The position numbers were made by a program, and so were the translations under genes. Source: Minisyncoccota bacterium (lineage in GTDB: Bacteria; Patescibacteriota; Minisyncoccia; Phycocordibacterales; UBA918). From it: a DNA stretch of 64,000 nt. Below are positions 18,511 through 30,500 of the stretch, piece by piece (positions within the stretch are counted from its first letter, which is position 1; each line of letters opens with the position of its first letter). Under the pieces are notes generated by a model. It did not search any database and had not been told where the DNA came from. It saw nothing but the letters and a program-made list of their open reading frames with translations. Location of the stretch: NCBI GenBank assembly GCA_937975855.1, contig CALJTT010000004.1, positions 5,583-69,582 on the forward strand. The letters run 5' to 3'.

Positions 18511-21500
18511 TTAATCGCCGATTGCGGTAAATGAGTTGATGCCCGTATGGGGCCTGCTGGCTGAGCCGAACGGTACTTCAATACCCCAATATAAATTGTC
18601 AGTTACGCCAGGAGTTGTCGTTGTTGGCTTACTGAGATCAAGTTCAAGATTGGCTGGAGTTACAGTAAGTGCGCTACATCCCACACATGCTGCGTAGTTA
18701 AATGTACTAGTGGCGTACCTCTGCTGGGCTGCTGCGATCACAGAACTGGCGCCATCAGACATGTCAGTTCCTGCTATTTGTACGTCGATGGACTCGTTTC
18801 CGATGTTATGTAGGGTTACTGCCGGGTTGAAAGCCCCAGTGTTATTGGTCACCTCGACAACACCGTAGGCAATGCTGTTTTGTATATCTAGCGCTCGCAA
18901 CGTCAGCAACTCAACGCCGGTTGATGTCACAAAGTCTACCGCGCCAGTGGTGTCCTCGACCTCCATAAACGCAAACCATTCTTCTGCGCCATCTAGGTCA
19001 GTTGGATCGGCGTGGTAGACAATCGGCGCACTACACTGCAACGAACAAGCGTTAGTTGTACAGTTGGTGTAAGTACAGCTGCTGGTGGCCACATAACAAT
19101 TATTGTCATCTGGCGAACAAGCGGCTCCCACAGAAGTTTTGTAGAAAGTTGTTGTGGCGCTCACGATGTCCGCAATCCCGTTTAGATCAGTAACAGTTGT
19201 AGAGGCGATGATTTCTGTTGTAGTCCCGGCAGATAGTGAAATATCCAGTCCGTCGTTAAGAGAGAGTGAGCCGAGAACCGGATCGAAGCGCAATGTCAGT
19301 TCTGCAACCTCTAGATAAGTATCAAGTTCTGTACCTTGGTCGGTAACTCTGAAGCATAAATTCTGGTCGTCAACATTAATAGTTGGTGTGATTACATACT
19401 CGATTTCGGTGTACTCGAACATAGCGATATCCAAATCCCCAGTCTCATTTGACGGATCTTCCCTAAGCTCGCCAGCGGTGAATTGACCAGACACGTCGTT
19501 TAGCAGGTCGACAGTGGTTTCTCCATTAGTAACTTCGGTTGAAGTTTGCATACAGACTGGCGACAAGCCACAACTACTTTGAACAGGAACGTCCAAATAA
19601 CCAGCGGTCGACACAGCTTCACAACTTGGCGCTGACCCCTTTGGCACATATTCAAGTGCGAAGCGCTGAGCGGTGATCGCTCCACCGCTGTTTTCGACGG
19701 CCAATCGTAGCCTGGCAGTGTCGCCAGCCTCAAAGGTAGCGGCGGTATTTTGTTCAGCAGCCCATGTTGCTCCCCCGTCTGACTGCTCTGCACCAAAGCG
19801 AACGTTTGGCTTGCTAGTCATTGTCGGTCGTGAACTAAAGCTGTCCCAACCTCCGTTATGGAACCAGAATGTAAATCCATACCCACCAGTTGTGTAAGTA
19901 GAGTCCGAGGCTGAAAATGAAGTCACTTGTGTGCCGGCGTCGTTATACAATCGAAGGTCGAATGTGTCGTTCGTCCGCCAGTCAACTTCCACCTCGTACC
20001 AACCTGTTGTGTACGTAACAGTAGAAGAGCCAATGATGGTTCCTGACGCATCGTTCTCGACCGCGTCACGCACCAATGTGATACGGTCTGTTCCAAATTG
20101 CTCGATACACACAGCATAATTTTCGTTGGTGGATCCAGGAGACTGCACACCAAACAAGACACAGGTTTCGTCACTAGTACCTGCGCTGGTGTCGACATAC
20201 TGCTGGTAGCGGATTGTCTCACCTTGACTGACACTCTGGTCAAAGCGGTACATACCACCCAAAGTTGCCCGACTACTCTCATTGCCTGCGTTCCCAAGTC
20301 CGTACGTACCATCAAATGCGAAAGAAGCATCTGTAGCAAACAAAGCAGTTTGGCCAGTGTATTCTGCAATATCGTTGTCTTCAAAATCGTCAGCCGCGAC
20401 AAAAACTTGCTCGAGGTCGCTAGAGGACGTGGCAGACGGATTGTTGTAGTACATGTACAAAACGGTGTCAGACTCCGCTGGCATTGTTGGAACTTGAACC
20501 CATACTTCTACAATCGTGCTATCGGTTGAAGATCCGATCCAGTATGGAACCGTCGTGGTTCCGGTGTTGTCGGTGAAGCGCAAGTCGTCAAAGTCAGAGC
20601 GCATATCAGAATCGTAAGGAACTGTTACCTGAACAGCTACATCGGTATAGGTTGCCGCGTCAGCGTTGGTTAGGCGAACCGGCTGACGAGCGGCCCAATC
20701 TGTGTTCATCCATTCAATATCTGGTACCTGGGCGTTACCATCGTCGTTACGCCAACGGAAATCCGTCTGCTGAGTAATCAGACAAGAACTGTCGCCCCAC
20801 CGAACGGATCCACAATCTGTGGCGCCGTCGATATCGTACACTTCACCATCGAGATTTCCGACATGACTGGCAAATGTCCAAACATTACCCGTAACACCCG
20901 ACAGAGTAATGTTGTTACCCGTAATAGACGCCGACGTGGCGAACCGCGAGCCCGTGATAATCAATGACGCGTTGGCGTTAACTGTAGACGAAGACAAAGT
21001 CATCAGCGACCCGCCATCGACAGCCAGCTCGAAGTCACCGTAAGACAGCGAAGAAATAGTTGGCACTCCAGACAACTGCCAGCCGGCGGCATCAGTATTA
21101 CGCACCGAGTAATATAAGGCATTGAGTGCACCTGAGCTTACTGCAAATGAGTAAGTTCCAGATCCTTGATTGGTAATGTTTGTTTCGTTGCCTGCCTCAC
21201 CGACAATCTGTAACGATCCGCCGTCGACAGTTGCACTACTGTTGTCAGCCAACCGCACAGTCACGACACGCTCGCTGCCCGATAGGTCAGTACCATCAAA
21301 GTCAGTGGCGTAGCTCCAATATTCAGTTGTTGTAGAAATATGATAATCACCGTAAATATTCAAGTCTCCGTCAGCGCCAGCGTGGTCTTGGGAATACCAC
21401 GATGATGAACTTGGCACACTGACAGTTGTCGCGCTGCTGTTCCAGCTGGAGATGTCCGTATTTTCTCCCAAAACGAGTGTGTCATAAGCTTCGGTCGGGA

Positions 21501-24500
21501 TGGTCTTGTCGTTTGTTTCGTACTCGTTTGAACCGTCAAGTACTAATGTTGTGCTTGTCCAGGTTGTAGCTGCTCCACCGACGTCGTTGCTGAACACGCC
21601 ACCAACATACAGCACGCTGCCTGGAACCACTGTAAACGAACCAGCGTTACTCAAACTAAAGTTGTTAGTTGTGGTCGCGCTATCAGTCAAAGTCCAGCCA
21701 CCAGTACCAGCAATTACAACATTATAAAGGTCGTTAGCGCCAGGATCGATAAACTCGCCAGCGTCATTGGAATTAAATAATAGTGTGCCGGACGCGTGAC
21801 TGTACGTCCCGCCCGACACATCAAACGATCCGCCGATTGCCAACGTGCCGGTACCAACCGTAAATGTGCCACCGGTCAAAGTTAGGGAATCTAACAAACT
21901 AGCTGACATGTCAATCAGAGTGTAGTCACCGGCTGCAGCGGCGATCGTTAGACTGTTTAGGTCATTCCCAGAAAGCGTTACAAGGTTACCTCCGGTCGTA
22001 CTTGTTAACACAACCTCGCCGCCGGCGTGTGCAATTGTGCCATCGACCACAAAATCACCAGCCACAGTCAGCGTACCTGTAGGCAGCGTAACTGTTCCAT
22101 CGACAACTATAAACGAAGCTGTTGCTGTGGCTGTCGTGTCAGACATCGTCCAGGTCCCAGGACCCGAGAACAACACTTCGTTAGCGTCAGACCCACCAAA
22201 AGTTACGGTTTTACCGGCGACGGCCGAGTCAAAAAGTAAAGTTCCGCTGTTAGCGTCAAAGGCTCCGCCACTGTTTACAAACGACCCGCTGACAGTTGTC
22301 GTAGAGCTTGGCAGAGTCACAGTACCGTCAGTGATCAAGAAATTGTTATTGATGTCACCGTCAAGCATTGTCCAGTCACCACTGCCAGCGAATGCCAAAT
22401 TGTAGAAACCACTGTCGTTAGTGTCTACAGTCCGTCCCGCAGATGACGACGTAAAGGTTGTGCTAGAAGTTTGTGCATCAAAAGTTGCATCGGTTTCAGA
22501 AATAAGACTACCACCCAGGCTGTATACCTCGGCTGCCCCGCCGTCAAAGGTAGAGCCAGAGAGCAGTTTAAGAGTACCGTCGTAGTCCAGAGCACTGCCG
22601 CCGGTTACGGTCATGTCTCCTTGTGGTGCAAATGTTTTGTCTGTCCAGACTATCAATCCAAAGCCACTATCAACCGTCAACGTGTCTGGAGCAGAGTCAA
22701 CCGCTGTAAACGGAATAGCGGCGTCGTCTGAAGAGTCCCACACTGACATATCAGCAATCGTTAACGGGTCAGTTGCTTCGTGGCGCACAATTACGCGGTT
22801 TTGGTAAATATCGAAGTTGCTTATGTTCGAAACCGGGTCGGCTGTGACTGTAGCCCCTTCTTCGCCGGTAGCTGGCAGGAGATACGCAATGATTGAGTCC
22901 CCGGGTGAATATGTCACACCTGTCACGCTGTAAACACCACTACCGTCACAGGTAGAGCTATAAGTCGTCAAGCCAGCGACGACAACATTCACCGCTGTAG
23001 TTGCGCCATCACACACAGACGCGCCGGCGGTGGTTACACCTTCATCAGAGTACACCGTACCGGAAATAGTAATGTTTGCTGCCGAGTCGTCCCACGAAAC
23101 GTAACCTGGGTCGCCGTCAGGGTCTACGTCAAATCCTTCTCCAGCGATATCGCCGTAGTGGTTTGTGAAGCGCCATGAACTGACACTCGTGCCGGTCGCT
23201 GTTGCGCCAAAGCCACTAGCTGCGCCGTCGAGATACAGCTGATTAAGCGTAAACGCTTTGGCCGGATTGGCAGTAATAGCTGTTCCACCCACTGTCACCG
23301 CGCTACCTCCAGTTTGTGACACTCCGATAGAACCATGCGACAAAGAGCCGATCGACGCCGAGCCAGTGATAACTAAACCATCAATGTTCAAATCGCTTAA
23401 TGTGTAGTAGTCAAAAGTACTAGACGCCGTCCCGCCGATCGTCAATGCGTACGTGCCAGAACCTTGATTTTCTACAGTACTTGATGCACTTGCAGATCCT
23501 AGTACAGACAGCTGTCCGCCGGTGATGGTCACGCTACCGTTGTCAGCTATGTAAACCGAGGCTATGCGCTCACTGCCAGCTAGGCTGGTTCCGTCAAAGT
23601 CAGTAGCGTAGCTCCAGTGATCGTTAGCTGCTGTCTGGTTATACGATCCCCAGATGTACAGGTCGCCATCTACATTAGAGTGATCCTGAGAATACAACGA
23701 GGCTGTTGTGTCGACAGTATAACTAAGAGCGTCACTATTCCACATCCTGACCTGAGTTGTGCCGTCCACCTCAAGTGTCGCGTACGAGTCAGCGGTGGTA
23801 GATGCGTTAATGGCGTAATTGTTGCCTCCGTATAGTCGCAATGTGGAACCTGTCCACGTTGTGGGTGCTCCACCAATGTCGTTAAAGAACGTTCCGCCAA
23901 CAGACAGCGTTTGCCCGGAATTCAAAGTAAATGTATTTGCGTCGGTTAACAACCAGCTGTCTGTGGCTGTGGCATGTTCAGTTACTGTTACGTCGCCCGT
24001 AGCGTCGATAACAACATTTGCGAAATCACTGCTACCAGCAGCAACAGAGATCGCGCCCGACCCATCAAAAGTCAAAGTTCCTGTGCCGGCGGTTAGTACG
24101 CCATTATTGTCATAACTGCCAGCAATAGTGGTCGTGGCTAAGTCACTAAGTACCCAAACGCCATTTGATTCTATTGTCACGTCGCCATTTATGTCGAACT
24201 GCGGATCGTTGGTAGTTTGATCAAAAGTCGTGGCGGCCACACCTGCAATCACCAAATCGTTGTCGACAATAATACCTGGTGTACCCGTAGTGTATGTTGC
24301 CGGCGCGCCACTGGCTGCCAACGTCAGATTGTAATATTCGGTAGCGAGAACTTCCGAGCCGGGCCCGCTGTAGACAACTGTGCTGGTATCCGCCAAGAAC
24401 GTCCCCTCCTCCACAAAGACTACACCCGTGCCAGCCAAATCCCAGATAGTCGACCCGGCGTCAAGGAAGTGAGCCATCTCGATAGTCAAGACCCCACCGA

Positions 24501-27500
24501 TTGTGGTGGTGCTTGTAAACAGCGGTGTTGTTGTGCCGACTGACAAGGTGTCACCCAACTGCAAATTATGGAAAGTCCACGAACCAGCCCCACCAAGATT
24601 ATTGGCTACGGCCATTGTAGTTGTGCCGCCATTTAGCAACACCGTTCCTGCACCAGCAAAGTCGCCACTTTCAACATAGATATCACCATTGCCGGACAAT
24701 ACACCGTCAGTCATAAGTACATCACCGAGCACGCGAATATCAGCCGTCAAAGCCCAACCGCCGCCTGCACCATCAAACGTAAGATTGTTGAAAGTGACCT
24801 CATCGCCAGCCGTGATAAGTTTGCCAGTGGTCGAAGCGTTCATTAATACTGTGGTGCTGGCAGCATTGAATGTACTGCTCGCACCAAGAGTAAACCGCCC
24901 ACCGATAGCCAAAGTTGATGTAGCAAAAGCATTGAATGTAGCATTGTCGGCCAAAGTTAGTGAACCATCGTAACTGGTGCCAGCACCTTCGCCGGCCAGG
25001 GTCACTTCTCCGCCTGGAGTAAAGGTAGTGGAAGCCCAAACATACAACTCGTTTCCAGACAGCACAGTCAAGGTGTCAGAGTCTGTGTTCGTGGCAGCGA
25101 CAAATTGCAAATCGACATCTTCACTATTGTCGCGCACGGCCAGTTGATTAATTGTCAATGCTGCCAAATCTTCGTGACGGACAATCACACGGTTCGCATA
25201 AATATCGGCATCAAGAATGTTGGCCGTCGGTGTGCGAGTGATGATGCTTCCCTGTTCGCCGCCTGCCGCGTTGTTTAGATAGATGGTCAAGGCGGGGTCT
25301 CCAACAATGGTAATACCGCTGATACTGTAAGCCCCGGTGCCGGCATCACACGATCCTGTGTAGGGTGCTGGATTTCCTTCCACATAGACATTTACAACCG
25401 CGGTAGCCCCGTCACAGGTAGGTCCTCCCAAAGGTGTAACGCCCGCGTCAGCATAAACAGTTCCTGCCATGGTGATCACCAACAAACTGTCGTCGAAGCG
25501 TATAGACCCCGGGTCACCTGTGTCGCTGTCGTTTGATTCACCATACAAGTTTCCGGCGCCACTTCTGAACCACCAATATGACAAAGGTGTTCCGTCCGTC
25601 TGGGACACGTTGGTAGCAAATATCGCCGAAGTTGTGGAGAAGGAAATTTCGTATAGTTGATTAGCCGGATTTGCATCAATAGTAGTCGAAGAAAGCGTAA
25701 GCGCCGTCCCAGCCACGGCGTCGACTTGGTAAGAACCATTTTCGAATACCCCAACTGAGACCGCGTCCAGTAGTGACAGACCCGTGCTACCCAGGTTACT
25801 AAACGTATGATATTGCGCGTCGAATGTACCGCCAGAAACAGTGACGTTGTAAGTTCCACTTCCTTGATTGGCAACAGTTGTCGATGCCGCAAAGTCGCCG
25901 ATGATTTCGAAAGTCACAGAGTCGAAATCTGCGCTGGCGCCATCGGCAAATCGCACGTTCGCTTGCCTTTGTGCCGAAAGTGCTGCGAGATCAGTTCCGT
26001 CAAAGTCAGTAGCGTAGCTCCAGTACTCATTGCCGCCGGCTATGTTGTAATTTCCAAATATATATAAGTCACCATCGATCGCACCGTGGTCTTGTGAATA
26101 AAGCGAGCCAGTAGCGTCAACGTCATAGACAACAGCATCTGAGTTCCACATTTTGATGTCAGTGTCGTTTGCCACCCTTATCGTGCCATAGGTATCTCCA
26201 GGGTCTGTTTCGTTGTTTATGCTATAGGCACCAGCCTCGAGAGACAACGTGCTGCCTGTCCAGGTCGTAGAAGCTCCGCCCACATAGTTGTGAAATTCCC
26301 CTGCTACCGAAAGTGATTCCCCTGACTGCATCGTGAAGTCGCTGCTGCTAGCGAGGGTAAATGTGCCAGTTGTAGTTGCCGACGACACAACAGTCCAGCC
26401 GCCAGTCTCACTGGCGATCAGCACGTCATGGAGTGGATCTGCGCCAAAGTCGATAGTCTCTCCATTGTCGAGCGAGTCAAAGACTACCAAGCTTGTACCT
26501 GCACTCACGGTTGCCTGGTTGTCGTACGACCCACCGATTGTGAATGTGTCAGGTAAAGTCAGCGCACCGCCGTAAACAAACAGATCGCCAGTCGCCAGAG
26601 CGTTGGTGTCAGAGAAACTCCAGCTGCCAATTCCGTCAAACACCACGTTGTTGAAACTAGAGCCACTGGTGGTCAAGACTTCTGCGACACTACTATAGAA
26701 ACGTGTAGTTCCGGTTCCGCCATCAAAACTGCCCGAGTCCGCCACCAATGACCCACCAATAGCAAACACGCCGCTTGGGAACAAGACACTGCCCTGGAGA
26801 ATATTTACATCATTGGTGGAAGTAGCGTTTGTATCGGTCATAGTCCAGGTACCAGCACCTTCGAAAGTCATGTTGTGAGCCACATTTGTAAACTCGGCAC
26901 CGTCGAATGTGATGTTTTCTGGGCCGTCGGACGTAAAGTACAGTACGCCGTTATTATGCAAAAACGCACCGCCGGTTGAGTCAAACGAACCGTCAATTGT
27001 AGTGGTAGCAGTCGGTAGGGTCACCGTTCCAGTTGCAATGGTGAGATTATTGTTAACGAACACTTCCGTTTCAGCAAAGGACCATGAGCCCCCAACCCCA
27101 GTGAAAGACAGATCATAAAACGCGTCGGCTGCCGAAATGATCACATGACTGGTCGTCGTTGCAACAAAGAACACCTCACCTTGCCTAGCTACAAAAGCGT
27201 TATTGTTAGTCCAGTCGCCGTACACGTACAGATCGTAGTTGTTTGATGACGCGTCTAGAGTGTCGTCAATACCAATGGTTATCGACTGCGCAGCAACATC
27301 ACTGCCCAAGGAGATTATTTTTGAACTACCGTCAATCACAACATGTCCGATATTTTGTAGCGTTACATTTTTGTCTGACCAAATAGATGCAGAGTTTCCA
27401 TCCAGAGTGGTCGTGCCAATACCTGTCCAAAAACCAGTTGCGCCAGTAGTTATGTCTCCCACAACATTAATGCTGGTTGTAGCCCGAGCAAGGGTTCCAG

Positions 27501-30500
27501 TTTCAACGGTCAGATTACCATTAACGTCAAGCAAGGGTGACACTGTCCAAATCGCACTACTGGTAGTCGAACCAAAGGTCAGGCTGCCAAACGTAGTCGT
27601 TGCGCCAGTGTTGTCAATCACCTCATTTCCGACCAAGGCGCTAAATAAAACTGTCGAGTCGCTTAGGCTTGTTGTTGCACTATTTTCCCATGAACCAGAA
27701 ACTTCCATCGAATGCGTTTCCAGCGTGAAGGAGCCGTTATTTTCAAAGTCATGAGTGATAATGTCACCCTCTGGCTGATAAAGCGCGCCAGACTTTATAT
27801 AAAGTTCAGCATCAGTACAACCGGCGTCAGCACAAGTATTTAATACACTACCAGAGAGGGACAAGAACACGTCTTCATCGTTAGTAAAGGTGTAGCTGCC
27901 AATATCAAGGTTGGTAAGCGGTGTCGAAGTTGCGTCGTTAGAGCCAATACTGACATGCCTTTCATATAACTCGAATCCGTCTATGTCGCCAATTCCGTCA
28001 TATAAAGTAACACCAACAGCCTCAGCTGCGTCTGCAGCCCCAGAGACAAATACTGTAACGATGTCACCGGGGAAAACTGTGACATTGTCGATTGACCAGA
28101 CTCCCGCGGAAATAGTCCCGACCTTACCAGCCTGCAGCACACCATTAACAGCCACGACGACGTTACCGCTAGTCACGTTGGTGGATTGATCGTAACCTTG
28201 GGCAGTTCCTGAAATCGTCAATCCTGCCGCCCAGGTTACAGCCCAGTCGTACATTTCTGGACAGTTACCCGAACCATCACAAGCCAGCTCTGCAAATGGA
28301 CGAACTACGTTGTATGTAAATCGGTCTAGACCCGACAAGTCAATTGGGCTAGTGGTGGTTCCAAGCTCGTTAACCGGCAGGTCGCTTGGTGGGATCATCT
28401 GCCAGCTATTGGTAGCGGACAAATATTGTACAAAGTAGCGTATTTCACTTGTGCCGGGCTGGAAATCGTTCCAGGCAAATTCTTGCCAGTACGGACCGGT
28501 TCCGTCTTCAAAATAAACTGGCGGACTGACAATCGTGCTACCTGTGCTACCTGGCTGACGAGCACCTATATCGTACGGACGACCGTACGGGCTAGTGTCT
28601 ACAGACACATTTGTAACCAGATCAACAGTCGTGCTCCAGCTAGATCCATTCCAAGTAGAGAAGCGCAACGTGTCGTTAGCGTTGTCCAAAAATGCACCAA
28701 GAATGAGACCTTCGCCCATACGCTCTAGCTGCATAGTGGCGGTATTAATGATTGTGTTCACTTGAGTCTCGGCACTCCAGGCTGTATTGTTGTACGTTTG
28801 GTAGTTAGTGGCCGTAGCATCGCTGTACGTCAACATGATGTGATTGTCGCGGCCGGAAGTTGTCTCGAAAGAACAGTCAAAGCTGGGCTCAGTCTTTACA
28901 CTGGCTGTTTCTAGATTATCGTCGAGCGTCCAGGCTGCTCCATCCCACCTTACGACCGCAATATCACTAGTATCATCAACCAGACAAAGGGCCATGTCGT
29001 CAGAACCTTCGTCTCGTACGAGCGACCCCCACTCAAAGTCGTTACCAATAGTTTGATTCGCCGCAGCGCTCCAAGCGGTGCCGTTCCAACTACTCCAGGT
29101 GAAGCGGGCTGGATTACCATCAGAAGCAACTATCACAGCCTGGCCACCACTCTCTTCGTATTCCAAAGCCATACCGGCATACGCCGATTCAGTAATTCGA
29201 CCAAGCGTAGTTGGGTTACCCCAAGCAGACCCATCCCACACCTGAGCTTCAAATGGGTTCCCGTCTGACCCACGCACCATAATCACCATTTCGTCAGATG
29301 TTGGATTGGCGGCCAGTTCTATCCAGGTACAGTTGGTTGTCTCGGCTACATTTATAGTCCCACCACTGGTCCAGGTCGTGCCGTCCCACACATAATAAGA
29401 TGGATCAGCGTCACCATCACAATATACGGCAATTGCATCACCCGATAATGTTTCGTACTCGACATCAAACCCACGGGCACTGATGTCGCTAACACTGGTT
29501 GTGAGTTCTTGTTGGCTGCGCCATTCTCCAATTGTGTAAGTTTGAGCATTGATGTCAGCGTCAGTTCCAAGTGTTACAGCAATATACTCTTCCCGTGTAG
29601 GAGCAGCTTTCACTACAGACCATTTTAGTGGTGCTGAGATGTCTAACAATGTCCCCTCCTCAGACAAAACTGTACCTGTCCACAACCGATAACGCGGTTC
29701 GGTTTCAATTCCTTCACCATAGACAATCATCGCCTCGGTAGCGGTGGTCGCCACGGTCAAATACCCAGCTTCAGTCGAAATAGTACCGGAAAGAATATCA
29801 GTATCGAATTGATCTTTTGTGGTTTGGAACCAGGTCGAGACGTCAGTTCCGGGAATAACGGTCAGGCTGCGCTCAACCGTCCAAAATGAATAGACATTGT
29901 CACCAGTTGGATCTTTGGCTCGGACGCGCCACCAATATGTGGTCGTACCAGTCAAAGCATCAGCTGGTTGGATCTCAAAGCGAATGCGCTCGTTAGCGTT
30001 GAAAGGGCTGGTGTCAGCGCCAGTTACGATATTGGTAAACCCACCGTCGACATCTGATGTGCGGGTAGTTGATGCTGCAAAATCACGGTCTGTTGACCAG
30101 GAAATTTGGTAAGTCAAATCTTCGCTTTGCGGATCGTCTGCCACAAACTCAAAGGTTGGAGTTGTCGTTCCTACCTGCTCGTTGGCAAACAAACTGAAAA
30201 TAGTTGGTGTCTCTACTTTGTAACCCCAATTAATAGTCCAGTCTTGCAAAGTTGGAGAACCGCCACTGTTAGTGAAAGTGGCGACCACTCGCAAGGTGTC
30301 GTACTCGCCGGTATCAACATCCAGTAAGGGCACGGGCGAGGTGCCGAACCCGCTACTATTTCCAGGCAGTGCAGAATCAGGAACTAGGGACCAGGCGCTG
30401 CCGTCGTAATATTCGATTTGATAAGAAATGCTGCCCGTGGTTTCAACGTCGGTAAAAACAAAGTCCTCCCAAACTGTTCCGTTAACGCCGTCAAAGAACA

